Source: Bacteroidota bacterium (GTDB lineage: Bacteria; Bacteroidota; Ignavibacteria; T3Sed10-11). Taken from it: a DNA stretch of 35,610 nucleotides. This document shows, one piece after another, positions 19,554 to 28,926 of this stretch. The notes below the pieces were generated by a model, which saw only the letters and a program-made list of their open reading frames with translations, searched no databases and was not told the origin of the DNA. The first letter of the stretch is position 1. Every line of letters starts with the position of its first letter. The translations under genes were made by a program, and so were the position numbers. The DNA lies in NCBI GenBank assembly GCA_007131635.1, contig SLQE01000294.1, positions 1 to 35,610 of the forward strand, given 5' to 3'.

Positions 19554-20579
19554 TTATTTTTTTGCGAAGACTCCATCTGTTACTTCGGATCCGTGGGGAT
19601 ACGGTTCTTTTACCGCATCTTCGGCCGATGTTGTCAGTGTGTGATTGATTTCCTCAAACATTTTTGTGTTTTCATCTTCATCCAGAATTCCCCAGTCAAA
19701 CAACTTTCTCTCGAACTGTCGGATCGGATCGCGTTTATTCCATATCTCGTACATTTCTTTCGGGACGTATGAGGCGTCATCGTGAGCCGAGTGACCGTGC
19801 ATCCTCATTGTAACTGATTCGATAAGGGACGGACCATCACCGGCACGCGCACGATCCACGGCTTTCCTTGTTTCGGCATAAACTTGCAATATATCGGTTC
19901 CGTCAACCGTGACGCCCGGTATCCCATATCCGATGGCACGATCGGATAAATTCTCACAGGCGTACTGCTTATGTAAAGGAGTCGAATAAGCAAATTGATT
20001 ATTCTCTATTATCAGTATCAACGGTAATTTCATCACCGATGCCATTGCAAGCGCTTCGTGAAAATCACCCACATTACAACCGCCGTCACCGATGTAGTTC
20101 AATACAACGGAATCCTCTTTTCTGTTCTTCAAGGCAAGTGCCACACCGTTCGCCAGCGGGATCATTGCGGCGAGGTGACTGATATTTCCGTAGATTCTGA
20201 GTTCGGTATCTGCATAGTGCCCGGTACCGTCGCGTCCCCGCGTAAAACCGCTGCCGCGTGCAAGGTGTTGCAGATAGAGCTGATACGGTGTCTGCCCCTT
20301 AACGAAATGCGCACCTATATCACGATGCATGGGGAAGAGATAATCGGTTTTTCCCAGTGCATAACTACTACCGACCGATGTCGCTTCGTTGCCGTTCCCC
20401 GTGTACGCTCCTCCGATAATTTTGCCCTGGCGATACAACTTTAATATCGAATTTTCAAACTCTCTGGTAAGAACCATATAATAATACAACCGGATAGCGT
20501 CCTCACGCAAAAGGTTAAGACGGGATAGTTCCTGCGACAGCGAGTTTGTTTTTTTCGTTTGTATTTCCTCTACCTTCAT
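19554..20579 (-). CDS. 2-oxoacid dehydrogenase E1 alpha, substrate uncertain
   Basis: ThDP motif GDGG...ENNQFAYS, RMHGHSAHD, WNKRDPI. Confidence 0.88.
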   Translation of the reverse strand: MKVEEIQTKKTNSLSQELSRLNLLREDAIRLYYYMVLTREFENSILKLYRQGKIIGGAYTGNGNEATSVGSSYALGKTDYLFPMHRDIGAHFVKGQTPYQLYLQHLARGSGFTRGRDGTGHYADTELRIYGNISHLAAMIPLANGVALALKNRKEDSVVLNYIGDGGCNVGDFHEALAMASVMKLPLILIIENNQFAYSTPLHKQYACENLSDRAIGYGIPGVTVDGTDILQVYAETRKAVDRARAGDGPSLIESVTMRMHGHSAHDDASYVPKEMYEIWNKRDPIRQFERKLFDWGILDEDENTKMFEEINHTLTTSAEDAVKEPYPHGSEVTDGVFAKK

Positions 20580-20608
20580 AAACTTTTTTCAGGATTAATG
20601 AACTGCGG

Positions 20609-22696
20609 TTAAAAATCTGCCAGGTCGCGAAGTGCGTTCAATATATCGGTTTCGTTCGGCAGCATATCCTGTTCGAGCGGCGGTGAATACGGGACCGGTG
20701 AATCTTTTGCTCCGACGCGCCTGACCGGACCGTCGAGGTTTTGGAAACAGGCATCCGAAATAAGGGCTGCAATTTCGCCGCCGAAGCCGCCGAATACAGT
20801 ATCTTCGTGAACGATAAGCACTTTGCCTGTTTTACGAACCGAATTATAGATTGTTTCTTCATCGAGCGGATTCAATGTGCGGAGGTCGATGACTTCGACA
20901 CTCACGTCATCAAGTTTCGATGCCGCGGAGAGCGTCCGATGGACCATCATACCATACGTCACAACCGTTATATCATCACCTTCCTGCTTTACGGCAGCCA
21001 TCCCGAAAGGAAGAAGATAATCTTTACCGGGTGCCGGAGCAGCGGCAAATCCCTGTCTGTACATACCCTTATGTTCGAGAAATATAACAGGATCGTTCTC
21101 ACGACAGGAAGTTTTCAATAGTCCTTTTGCATCGGCCGCGTTCGATGGAAAAACGACACGTAATCCGGGGATATGTGTAAAAAATGATTCGATAGACTGA
21201 CTATGATAGAGTCCGCCCCGTATATAACCGCCGACGGCTACCCGGATGACCATCGGACAGGAAAAATTACCGTTCGAGCGATACCGAAGCATTGAGACTT
21301 CATCGCGGATCTGCATAAAAGCAGGCCAGATATAATCACCGAACTGTATTTCGACAACCGGTTTAAAACCGCGTACCGAGAGTCCGAATGCCGTACCTAC
21401 AATACTCGCCTCGGCAAGCGGTGAATTAAAGACCCGGTCCCATCCGAATTTGTCGGTAAGCCCTTTTGTCGCGGTAAACACGCCCCCCTTTTTACCCGCG
21501 ACGTCTTCACCGTATACAATCATCTTCGGATTATGTTCCAATTCCTCGGCGAGCGCATGGTTAATTGCATCGACAAGAACCACCGGTTTCCCTCCGCTCG
21601 CATCCGGTTTTTCATACCCTTCTTTTTTAACCATAAATTCAGGAGCATAAACATTAAGCTGTGAGGTATGCGCTTCCGGTAACGGCCGGCTTTCTGCCCA
21701 GTCTGCCGCGCTGTCGACGAGAGTTTTTGCTTCTTCACGAATTTTTTCCATCTGTTTCTCGTCGAGGATCCCCTCTTTGAGGAGAAATTTTTCCATTTTT
21801 AATATCGGATCACGTTTTTTATCTGCTTCGATTTCCGCGGGATCACGATATTTTTTATGGTCGTCGGACGATGAATGCGGAAGCAAACGAACCACGTCGG
21901 CGTGAATGAGGCTGGGGCCCTCACCCTTCCGGGCTTTTCCGACCGCTTCTCTGGCAATTTGATAGGACTCGAAAAAATCTGTTCCATCAACTAAATATCT
22001 GTTGAGTCCCTTGTACCCCTTCACCATTTCATATACCGACTCACCGGCGGTCTGTTCGCGTCGGGTTACGGAGATGGCATATTTATTATCCTGAATAAGA
22101 AAGATAACCGGTAGTAATTCCCGGCTCGCCCAGTTAATTGCTTCGTGGAATTCTCCCTCACTTGTTGTTCCCTCACCGGATGAGACATACACAACCTCGT
22201 CGGTCCCGTCTTTTACTGCACCGAGAGCGGTACCTACCGCCTGCAGGTATTGCGTACCGGTCGGACTGGATTGCGCAACAATCCGGAGGTCTTTATCGCC
22301 ATAATGTCCGGGCATCTGTCTGCCACCGGAACTTTTCCCTTCCACCCTGTGCATTGTCTCGAGAAGAATATCTTTCGGTGTCGATCCGTATTGGAGTGCG
22401 AATGCGAGATCACGATAATATGGATATGCCCAGTCATACCCCGGTTTCATAGCACGCGCTACAGCGATTTGCGCCGCCTCGTGCCCGGATCCGCCGATAT
22501 GAAAAAAAGCCTTTCCTTGACGCAAGAGGATCATGGACTTATCATCCATATAGCGTGATGTAAGCATCGTCTTGTAAATCTCGATTACCTTCGGGCCATC
22601 GAGTTCGAGACCCTTCAAAGATTTCAGTGTTTGTTCTCCGTCTTTATTTTTTATATCCGATTCTTGCACAACAAGTTTATTTTTCTGAGCGGCCAA
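20609..22696 (-). CDS. Fused E1 alpha/beta, branched-chain 2-oxoacid dehydrogenase-like
   Basis: Alpha part YPYYRD, GRQMPGHY, SSPTGTQ, GEG...QDNKYAIS, PHSSSDD; beta part GEDV..KGGVF, EIQFGDY, YHSQ. Start reassigned to TTG 22696 (GGGAGG 5 nt upstream), which removes the overlap with lipB. Confidence 0.88.
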   Translation of the reverse strand: MAAQKNKLVVQESDIKNKDGEQTLKSLKGLELDGPKVIEIYKTMLTSRYMDDKSMILLRQGKAFFHIGGSGHEAAQIAVARAMKPGYDWAYPYYRDLAFALQYGSTPKDILLETMHRVEGKSSGGRQMPGHYGDKDLRIVAQSSPTGTQYLQAVGTALGAVKDGTDEVVYVSSGEGTTSEGEFHEAINWASRELLPVIFLIQDNKYAISVTRREQTAGESVYEMVKGYKGLNRYLVDGTDFFESYQIAREAVGKARKGEGPSLIHADVVRLLPHSSSDDHKKYRDPAEIEADKKRDPILKMEKFLLKEGILDEKQMEKIREEAKTLVDSAADWAESRPLPEAHTSQLNVYAPEFMVKKEGYEKPDASGGKPVVLVDAINHALAEELEHNPKMIVYGEDVAGKKGGVFTATKGLTDKFGWDRVFNSPLAEASIVGTAFGLSVRGFKPVVEIQFGDYIWPAFMQIRDEVSMLRYRSNGNFSCPMVIRVAVGGYIRGGLYHSQSIESFFTHIPGLRVVFPSNAADAKGLLKTSCRENDPVIFLEHKGMYRQGFAAAPAPGKDYLLPFGMAAVKQEGDDITVVTYGMMVHRTLSAASKLDDVSVEVIDLRTLNPLDEETIYNSVRKTGKVLIVHEDTVFGGFGGEIAALISDACFQNLDGPVRRVGAKDSPVPYSPPLEQDMLPNETDILNALRDLADF

Positions 22697-22727
22697 AACA
22701 ACCTCCCGATTACTAGTATCTGATATG

Positions 22728-23465
22728 TTAAACCGTTTGTCCGACCGAATGCGGAACAGCAAGCGATTCGATTTCCGCAGCCTCTGTTGGCAGTAATGTC
22801 ACATTAAAAACCGACTCAAATTCTCTGACAAGGACCGGTATCACACGATCCAAAGATATATCCTCTTTAAGCACTTCGGTCATCGATGTAACACCCTTAT
22901 GAAAAATCCCGCAGGGAATTATCCTTTCGAAATAGGATAAATCCGGATGTATGTTAAAAGCAAAACCGTGCATTGTAACCCATCGACTGACCTTAATACC
23001 CAATGCGGCGATCTTTTCCTCGCCGATCCAGACTCCCGTCTCACCCCCGGACCTCTTACCGGATATGTCAAAATAGTTGAGCGTCCGGATAATAACTTCT
23101 TCCAGCTGCCGTAAGTACCAATGAATATCTTTTTTAAATCTTTCGAGATTGAGGATAGGATATCCGACAATTTGTCCGGGTCCATGGTATGTAATATCAC
23201 CGCCCCGGTCTATCGGATAGAACTCCGCTCCCGAGTTTTTCAACTCTTGCGCATCGGCGAGCAAATGATTTGGATCACCGCTTTTACCGAGCGTGTAAAC
23301 ATGGTCATGCTCATTTATAAGAAATATATCAGGCGAACGATTGTCGGCAATCAAAGTATGCAGAGATTTCTGCAGATCCCACATCGGTGCATACCGGGTT
23401 CTTCCCATATTGCAATAACGTACGGTATTTCTGGCAGCTTGCACTAGTTTATCGTTCCCGATCAT
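22728..23465 (-). CDS. lipB: Octanoyltransferase LipB
   Basis: EHDHVYTLG, DRGGDITYHGPGQ, KIAALG, HGFAFN, IIPCGI; TGATG overlap with the lpdA stop. Confidence 0.96.
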   Translation of the reverse strand: MIGNDKLVQAARNTVRYCNMGRTRYAPMWDLQKSLHTLIADNRSPDIFLINEHDHVYTLGKSGDPNHLLADAQELKNSGAEFYPIDRGGDITYHGPGQIVGYPILNLERFKKDIHWYLRQLEEVIIRTLNYFDISGKRSGGETGVWIGEEKIAALGIKVSRWVTMHGFAFNIHPDLSYFERIIPCGIFHKGVTSMTEVLKEDISLDRVIPVLVREFESVFNVTLLPTEAAEIESLAVPHSVGQTV

Positions 23466-24880
23466 CAGATATGTATCGCTTCCCCGTATGCGTCGCCGGC
23501 CGCCTCCATGATCGCTTCGGCGAACGTCGGGTGAGCGTGTACCGTTCGAATAATTTCTTCTTTTGTTGCCTCGAGTGTTTTTGCCATACCGAGTTCGGCA
23601 ATGATCTCGGTTGCTTCATTTCCCACGATGTGTGCTCCGAGCAACTCACCGTATTTAGCATCGAAAATTAGTTTAACGAGACCATCGGTCTCTCCTGCTG
23701 CGATCGCTTTCCCGTGAACCCGGAAGGGGTATCGACCGATTTTAATTTCGTGGCCCTGTTCTTTAGCTTTCTCCTCGGTTAATCCGATCGATGCTACCTG
23801 CGGCTGGCAATACGTACAGCCGGGAATATTCTCATAGTTAATTGGATGCGTCTCGACACCGGCAATCGCCTCGACACAAACTATTCCTTCGTGTGAGGCC
23901 ACGTGCGCGAGCCACGGAGCACCGATGACATCACCAATGGCATACACTCCTTCGACATTGGTCCGGTAATATTCATCCACCTTGATGTGGGCTTTCTCGG
24001 TTTTCACTCCCAGCTTTTCGAGACCGATATTTTCGATATTTCCCCGGACGCCGATCGCTACTAAGGCGATGTCTGCGGCAATATCTTTTTTCCCGCCATC
24101 CTTATCCGAAACGCTCACCTTCACCTGTTTGCCGGAAGTATCGACTTTTTCGACTTTTGTACCGGTGTGAATTTCTATTCCGGACTTTTTAAATTTCTCC
24201 GTGACTACTTTTGTTATTTCTTTATCTTCGATCGGGAGAATAGACGGAAGCATTTCAATGATAGTAACCTTTGTGCCGAATGTGTTATAAAAATAGGCAA
24301 ATTCAACTCCTATGGCACCGGCACCGATTATAATCATTGATTTCGGTACTTTTTTGGGTACCATAGCTTCAAAATATGAAATAACCTTTTCACCGTCGAA
24401 TTCTACATCCGGTAATGAACGGGGTCTTGCACCGGTTGCAATAATTATATGTTTTGCACTGATCGTTTTTTCAGGTTTTTCATCGTCGGCTTTTTTATAC
24501 ACATCTACCTTACCCTTTGCGGGTATTTTGCCATATCCTGAAATATGTTCGATCTTATTTTTTTTGAAAAGGTATTCGACCCCTTTCGAGATCCGATCCG
24601 ATATCTTGCGGCTTCGTTGAACTACTTTTTCAAAATCGAATGAAACGTCTTTTACGTTTATACCAAACTCATCGGCATGACTGATCAGATTATAAAGTTC
24701 GGCATTTCGCAGAAGTGCTTTGGTCGGGATACATCCCCAATTAAGACAAATACCGCCCAATTTATCGCGTTCCACCAGACCGACTTTCAGACCCAGCTGA
24801 CTTGCCCGAATGGCTGCCACATACCCGCCCGGTCCGCCGCCGATAATAACTACGTCAAAACTTGTATTATTTTCTGCCAT
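23465..24880 (-). CDS. lpdA: Dihydrolipoamide dehydrogenase (E3)
   Basis: GGGPGGY, GGICLNWGCIPTK, GAGAIGVE, HAHPTFAE. Confidence 0.97.
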   Translation of the reverse strand: MAENNTSFDVVIIGGGPGGYVAAIRASQLGLKVGLVERDKLGGICLNWGCIPTKALLRNAELYNLISHADEFGINVKDVSFDFEKVVQRSRKISDRISKGVEYLFKKNKIEHISGYGKIPAKGKVDVYKKADDEKPEKTISAKHIIIATGARPRSLPDVEFDGEKVISYFEAMVPKKVPKSMIIIGAGAIGVEFAYFYNTFGTKVTIIEMLPSILPIEDKEITKVVTEKFKKSGIEIHTGTKVEKVDTSGKQVKVSVSDKDGGKKDIAADIALVAIGVRGNIENIGLEKLGVKTEKAHIKVDEYYRTNVEGVYAIGDVIGAPWLAHVASHEGIVCVEAIAGVETHPINYENIPGCTYCQPQVASIGLTEEKAKEQGHEIKIGRYPFRVHGKAIAAGETDGLVKLIFDAKYGELLGAHIVGNEATEIIAELGMAKTLEATKEEIIRTVHAHPTFAEAIMEAAGDAYGEAIHI

Positions 24881-24916
24881 ACCTATCTATTCCTGTATTA
24901 ATGATATTTAGTAAAC

Positions 24917-24944
24917 AAAAAAAGGGAAGATATTATTCCCTTTT
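24917..24944 (-). terminator. Terminator-like hairpin in the lpdA 5' leader
   Basis: Minus strand AAAAGGGAA-taatatc-TTCCC-TTTTTTT, 36 nt before the lpdA ATG; the stem is short. Confidence 0.45.
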
Positions 24945-25043
24945 CCTTCATTTTAAATTTCAACACCCGCAGGTAGTTTCTGATCACATTTTTTTGTATC
25001 TTTTCCACTTGCCGATTAAGTAAGCAAAATTACACGAACGTAA

Positions 25044-25072
25044 AATATACATAAAAAGCAATAAACTGTCAA
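25044..25072 (-). promoter_or_regulatory. sigma70 promoter for the lpdA cluster
   Basis: TTGACA-N17-TATATT on minus strand. Confidence 0.75.
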
Positions 25073-25181
25073 TAAACGTGTAAACGTGCAAACACCTAAA
25101 TAAAACGTGTAATGAACGCGGCCCGGTTTCATTTTATTGTTTTTTATACGCATTTTTTTTATTATTCACGAGAAATTTGCA

Positions 25182-25655
25182 ATGAATGCAGGTAACGGCA
25201 ATAGTAAGCAGCGTGTCGTGATTACGAACCGGAAAGCGCGTCACGAGTACCATATTGACGAGGTCTATGAGGCGGGGATATCACTCAGGGGAACCGAAGT
25301 AAAATCGCTCCGACTTGGCAACGCGAATTTGCAAGACAGCTATGCTTTCGTTCGTCAAGGCGAGGTTTTTCTCGAAGGTATGCATATCAGTCCGTACGAA
25401 TTCGGGAATCAATTCAATCATGAGCCGAAGCGTGAACGCAAATTACTTCTGCATAGAAAAGAAATACGCAAATTAATCGGGAAAACGAAAGAAAAGGGAT
25501 ATACCCTCATACCGCTCAGCGTTTATTTTAAAAGCGGAAAAGCAAAAATCGAACTCGCGCTTGCACGGGGAAAAAAAAGCTTTGACAAACGAAAAGCTAT
25601 CGCCGAGCGTGACGCAAAGCGTGATCAGGAACGGGAAATGAGAGTAAAATTCTAA
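25182..25655 (+). CDS. smpB: SsrA-binding protein
   Basis: NRKARHEY, EAGISLRGTEVKSLR, RKLLLHRKEI, GKKSFDKR. Start moved to ATG 25182; a TTGTTT-N17-TATTAT promoter candidate occupies 25137-25165. Confidence 0.97.
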   Translation: MNAGNGNSKQRVVITNRKARHEYHIDEVYEAGISLRGTEVKSLRLGNANLQDSYAFVRQGEVFLEGMHISPYEFGNQFNHEPKRERKLLLHRKEIRKLIGKTKEKGYTLIPLSVYFKSGKAKIELALARGKKSFDKRKAIAERDAKRDQEREMRVKF

Positions 25656-25667
25656 AGAAAGGAAGAT

Positions 25668-26897
25668 TTGAACAGAGTGTTTCCATCAGTTAATGTACAA
25701 ATGGATGTTATCCGGCGCGGTGCCGAGGAAATCATACCGGAAGAAGATCTGGTAAAAAAAATCGAGCTGTCGGTCAAAGAACGTAAACCGCTTCGTGTTA
25801 AACTCGGTTGCGACCCGAGCAGACCTGATCTTCATCTCGGACACTCGGTCGTGTTGCGGAAACTACGACAATTTCAGGACCTTGGTCATAAGGCTATACT
25901 GATCATCGGTGACTTCACAGGTATGATCGGCGACCCATCCGGACGGAGTAAAACAAGGCCATCGCTTACTCTCGATGAGACAAGGATGTACGGGGAATCT
26001 TATTTCGAACAGGCAACACGCATCCTGTCGACGGAGAACATTCAGATGGTATATAACTCTGAATGGCTCGATAAAATGAGCTTTGCAGATGTCATTAAAC
26101 TAGCGGGGAAATATACCGTTGCACGTATGCTCGAGAGAGACGATTTTCTGAATAGATACAAAGAGGGTGCCCCCATAGGTATTCATGAATTTCTCTACCC
26201 GCTCGCGCAGGCAATGGACTCAGTAGCAATCGAATCCGATATCGAACTGGGTGGAACCGACCAAAAGTTCAATTTGCTCGTTGGCCGTGATATCCAGCGT
26301 GAGTTTGGTATGTCGCCCCAGGTGATCCTTACAGTTCCTCTGCTTACCGGCACCGACGGTGTCGAGAAAATGAGTAAATCTCTTAACAATTACATCGGTA
26401 TAACCGAACCTGCACAGGAGATTTACGGGAAGACACTTTCTATACCCGATGAACTGATTTTTCCTTATTACCTGCTGACGACGGATGTGTCATCACAAAG
26501 ACTTGAGGAATTAAAAAAGATTCTTGCGGATAAATATTCCAATCCCCGCGATGTAAAGAGAGAACTGGCACGGACATTAGTCAGAATGTATCACAGTGAG
26601 GACGCTGCCCGGAGGGCGGAAGACGAGTTTGACCGTGTATTCATAAAGAAAGATATTCCAGAAAACATTCAGGAAATTACACTTGAGAAATCAAACGAAG
26701 GATTTCATATCGTTGACCTTATGATACGATCTTCGCTTGTTTCGTCTAAAAGCGAAGCCCGTCGTTTAATTCAGCAGGGGGGTGTAAAAATCGATAGCGA
26801 GAAGATCGGTGACAGTAACAGTCTGATAGATAAAAAAGATGCCTTTATTCTGCAGGTAGGTAAACGTAAATTCATAAAAATTGTACCAAAGAGCTAA
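25668..26897 (+). CDS. tyrS: Tyrosine--tRNA ligase
   Basis: DPSRPDLHLGH, ELGGTDQKFN, KMSKS, C-terminal S4 domain (SKSEARRLIQQGGV..VGKRKF); TTG start. Confidence 0.97.
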   Translation: MNRVFPSVNVQMDVIRRGAEEIIPEEDLVKKIELSVKERKPLRVKLGCDPSRPDLHLGHSVVLRKLRQFQDLGHKAILIIGDFTGMIGDPSGRSKTRPSLTLDETRMYGESYFEQATRILSTENIQMVYNSEWLDKMSFADVIKLAGKYTVARMLERDDFLNRYKEGAPIGIHEFLYPLAQAMDSVAIESDIELGGTDQKFNLLVGRDIQREFGMSPQVILTVPLLTGTDGVEKMSKSLNNYIGITEPAQEIYGKTLSIPDELIFPYYLLTTDVSSQRLEELKKILADKYSNPRDVKRELARTLVRMYHSEDAARRAEDEFDRVFIKKDIPENIQEITLEKSNEGFHIVDLMIRSSLVSSKSEARRLIQQGGVKIDSEKIGDSNSLIDKKDAFILQVGKRKFIKIVPKS

Positions 26898-26912
26898 GAA
26901 AGGAGACAAGCA

Positions 26913-27458
26913 TTGTACGTTCCAACGAGAATATTTTTTACGAAAGGTGTCGGTCGACATAAAGATTATTTACAATCTTTTGAGCTGGCACTTCGGAATG
27001 CCGGAATAGAAAAGTTAAATCTGGTAACCGTCTCCAGCATTTATCCCGCCGGATGCCGGCGTATTACCCGCGAGGAAGGTTTAAAGCTATTACAACCGGG
27101 AGCCATCACATTCTGTGTCATGGCGCGTAATGCAACAAACGAAGCAAATCGTTTAATAGCCGCATCGATCGGTGTTGCCCAACCGGCAGATGAATCACAG
27201 TACGGATATCTCTCGGAACATCATCCCTATGGTGAAGCGGGTGACCGTGCGGGAGATTATGCAGAGGACCTGGCAGCAACGATGCTTGCGACAACCCTTG
27301 GTGTTGAATTCGATCCCGATACGGGCTGGGATGAACGTGAACAGATATACAAAATGAGCGGTAAGATCGTAAAGACATTTAATATTACCCAATCTGCAGA
27401 AGGCGACAAGAACGGATTATGGTCAACGGTGGTTGCGGTGGCAATATTATTACCGTAA
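26913..27458 (+). CDS. pdaD: Pyruvoyl-dependent arginine decarboxylase
   Basis: [21 protein letters not shown] (Ser-Ser self-cleavage site), YGYLSEHH; TTG start with AGGAG. Confidence 0.88.
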   Translation: MYVPTRIFFTKGVGRHKDYLQSFELALRNAGIEKLNLVTVSSIYPAGCRRITREEGLKLLQPGAITFCVMARNATNEANRLIAASIGVAQPADESQYGYLSEHHPYGEAGDRAGDYAEDLAATMLATTLGVEFDPDTGWDEREQIYKMSGKIVKTFNITQSAEGDKNGLWSTVVAVAILLP

Positions 27459-27468
27459 TACCCTTTTA

Positions 27469-28752
27469 TCAGAACCGGGTATTGACAATATTCGCAAAAT
27501 CAGATCCAAAGATATACGAGACAGAAATAGATCCTGAAACAGAAAAATCGGTGGCAAGTTGTCGCTGCTGCAATAAAACATCTTCGAGTGATGCTTTTCC
27601 GGCAGGAAGCGATAACTGATCGTTGATCATCTCAAAATCTGCATGAAAATTAAGCGAAAGACCATCGATTATCCGAACTGACACACGCCCCCACAGCTCA
27701 GCCCGGCGGTGCGATATATCGTGGAAATAATGGGAGCCGACCAAACCACCCTGAATGCTTCCCCACGGCTGGAATACCCGGACAGATGCCTGAAGCCGTT
27801 GTTGCAGCAATCCTTCCTGTTTTTTAAAAAAGATCGTTTCATCATAGTAATCGACGTACGTATAACCGAGTCTGTACACGAACGTTACGGCCTTTCTGGT
27901 TGCTTCCGGGTAAGGGAAAAGACTGTACTCGATGCCGGAACCGACATCAAATTGATTTCTTAAATTCTGATCATTTCGGGTAAGATAATCGCCGAATAAC
28001 CCTGCGGACCAATGATTTCCCAAACTCATTATAACATATGTATCAAAACCATGCCGATGACGCTTGCTGTATATGGGCTCGTCATCCTCACGTTTTATTT
28101 CCACTTCAAAGTAATTGAAGTAAGGTCGTATTCTGATTTTCCAGTCTTCGGTAACCCTGTCTGCGAAGAAACCCCACCGGCCACTGAAATCCCTGCGGTT
28201 TGATTCCAGACCCAATTGAAATCTACCGGCATAGATCTCAAAAATCCAGTTATTCCAGGAGTCATCGACAGATACCTCTTTTAAAAGGTCTTCATCAGGA
28301 ATGTCATAAAAAAGCGAAAACCGTGAGGCAAGCGGTGTGCGCATCATAAAGGGTGCCAGACCGATTTTAAGTACCTCATTGATTTCATCACGAATTTCAT
28401 CATAGGTTGCATTTTGACTGACGGTTCGTTTTAGCGTATAATTAATATCCTGATATGATCGTTGACCGATAAAGGAAATTTCGAACTCACGTCCCCCTCT
28501 GCCGACTCTCTCATCGGTTTTGAAAATATGTATATCGGCCCTCTCCGGGTCACGGACATAATTAACGAATGTAATCTCCGTTCTAATATGATTTAAATCG
28601 AACCATCTGCCGTCAAGGTAGACGGAAGGGACGGTGTCATTAACCCTTATAATCGGTCTGCCGGAACTTTTCTCAACTGCCTCTAAGACGTGAGTAGAGA
28701 CACCGATGATTGAAATAAGAATGAGTATATGGAATAATCGGTAGAATATCAT
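27469..28752 (-). CDS. Hypothetical exported protein, probable outer-membrane beta-barrel
   Basis: Signal-peptide-like N-terminus from ATG 28752, aromatic/Gly-rich alternating strands (VGSGIEYSLFPY, SGSISVSYIFG), terminal Phe. Confidence 0.55.
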   Translation of the reverse strand: MIFYRLFHILILISIIGVSTHVLEAVEKSSGRPIIRVNDTVPSVYLDGRWFDLNHIRTEITFVNYVRDPERADIHIFKTDERVGRGGREFEISFIGQRSYQDINYTLKRTVSQNATYDEIRDEINEVLKIGLAPFMMRTPLASRFSLFYDIPDEDLLKEVSVDDSWNNWIFEIYAGRFQLGLESNRRDFSGRWGFFADRVTEDWKIRIRPYFNYFEVEIKREDDEPIYSKRHRHGFDTYVIMSLGNHWSAGLFGDYLTRNDQNLRNQFDVGSGIEYSLFPYPEATRKAVTFVYRLGYTYVDYYDETIFFKKQEGLLQQRLQASVRVFQPWGSIQGGLVGSHYFHDISHRRAELWGRVSVRIIDGLSLNFHADFEMINDQLSLPAGKASLEDVLLQQRQLATDFSVSGSISVSYIFGSDFANIVNTRF

Positions 28753-28887
28753 TAGTTTTCGGAATATAAAATACAAAAATTATTGATTAAATACCAGGAG
28801 AGATTGTGTTCACGAGAGTGCGGCATTATTATTTCGATTCTCTTGCATAACACAACGCAGGCGAACATGTGGCTGCTTACAGAACAA

Positions 28888-28920
28888 TCGGTGCGGAGTG
28901 AATGAACGCTCCGCATCCGA
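28888..28920. terminator. GC-rich hairpin just after the SLT gene stop
   Basis: TCGGTGCGGAGTG-aatgaa-CGCTCCGCATCCGA imperfect inverted repeat; weak TTGTTCT tail on minus strand. Confidence 0.45.
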
Positions 28921-28926
28921 ATAGGT

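Noticed and set aside
22697-22762. N-terminal extension of the fused E1 overlapping lipB
   Set aside because: GGGAGG 5 nt before TTG 22696 gives a better, non-overlapping start.
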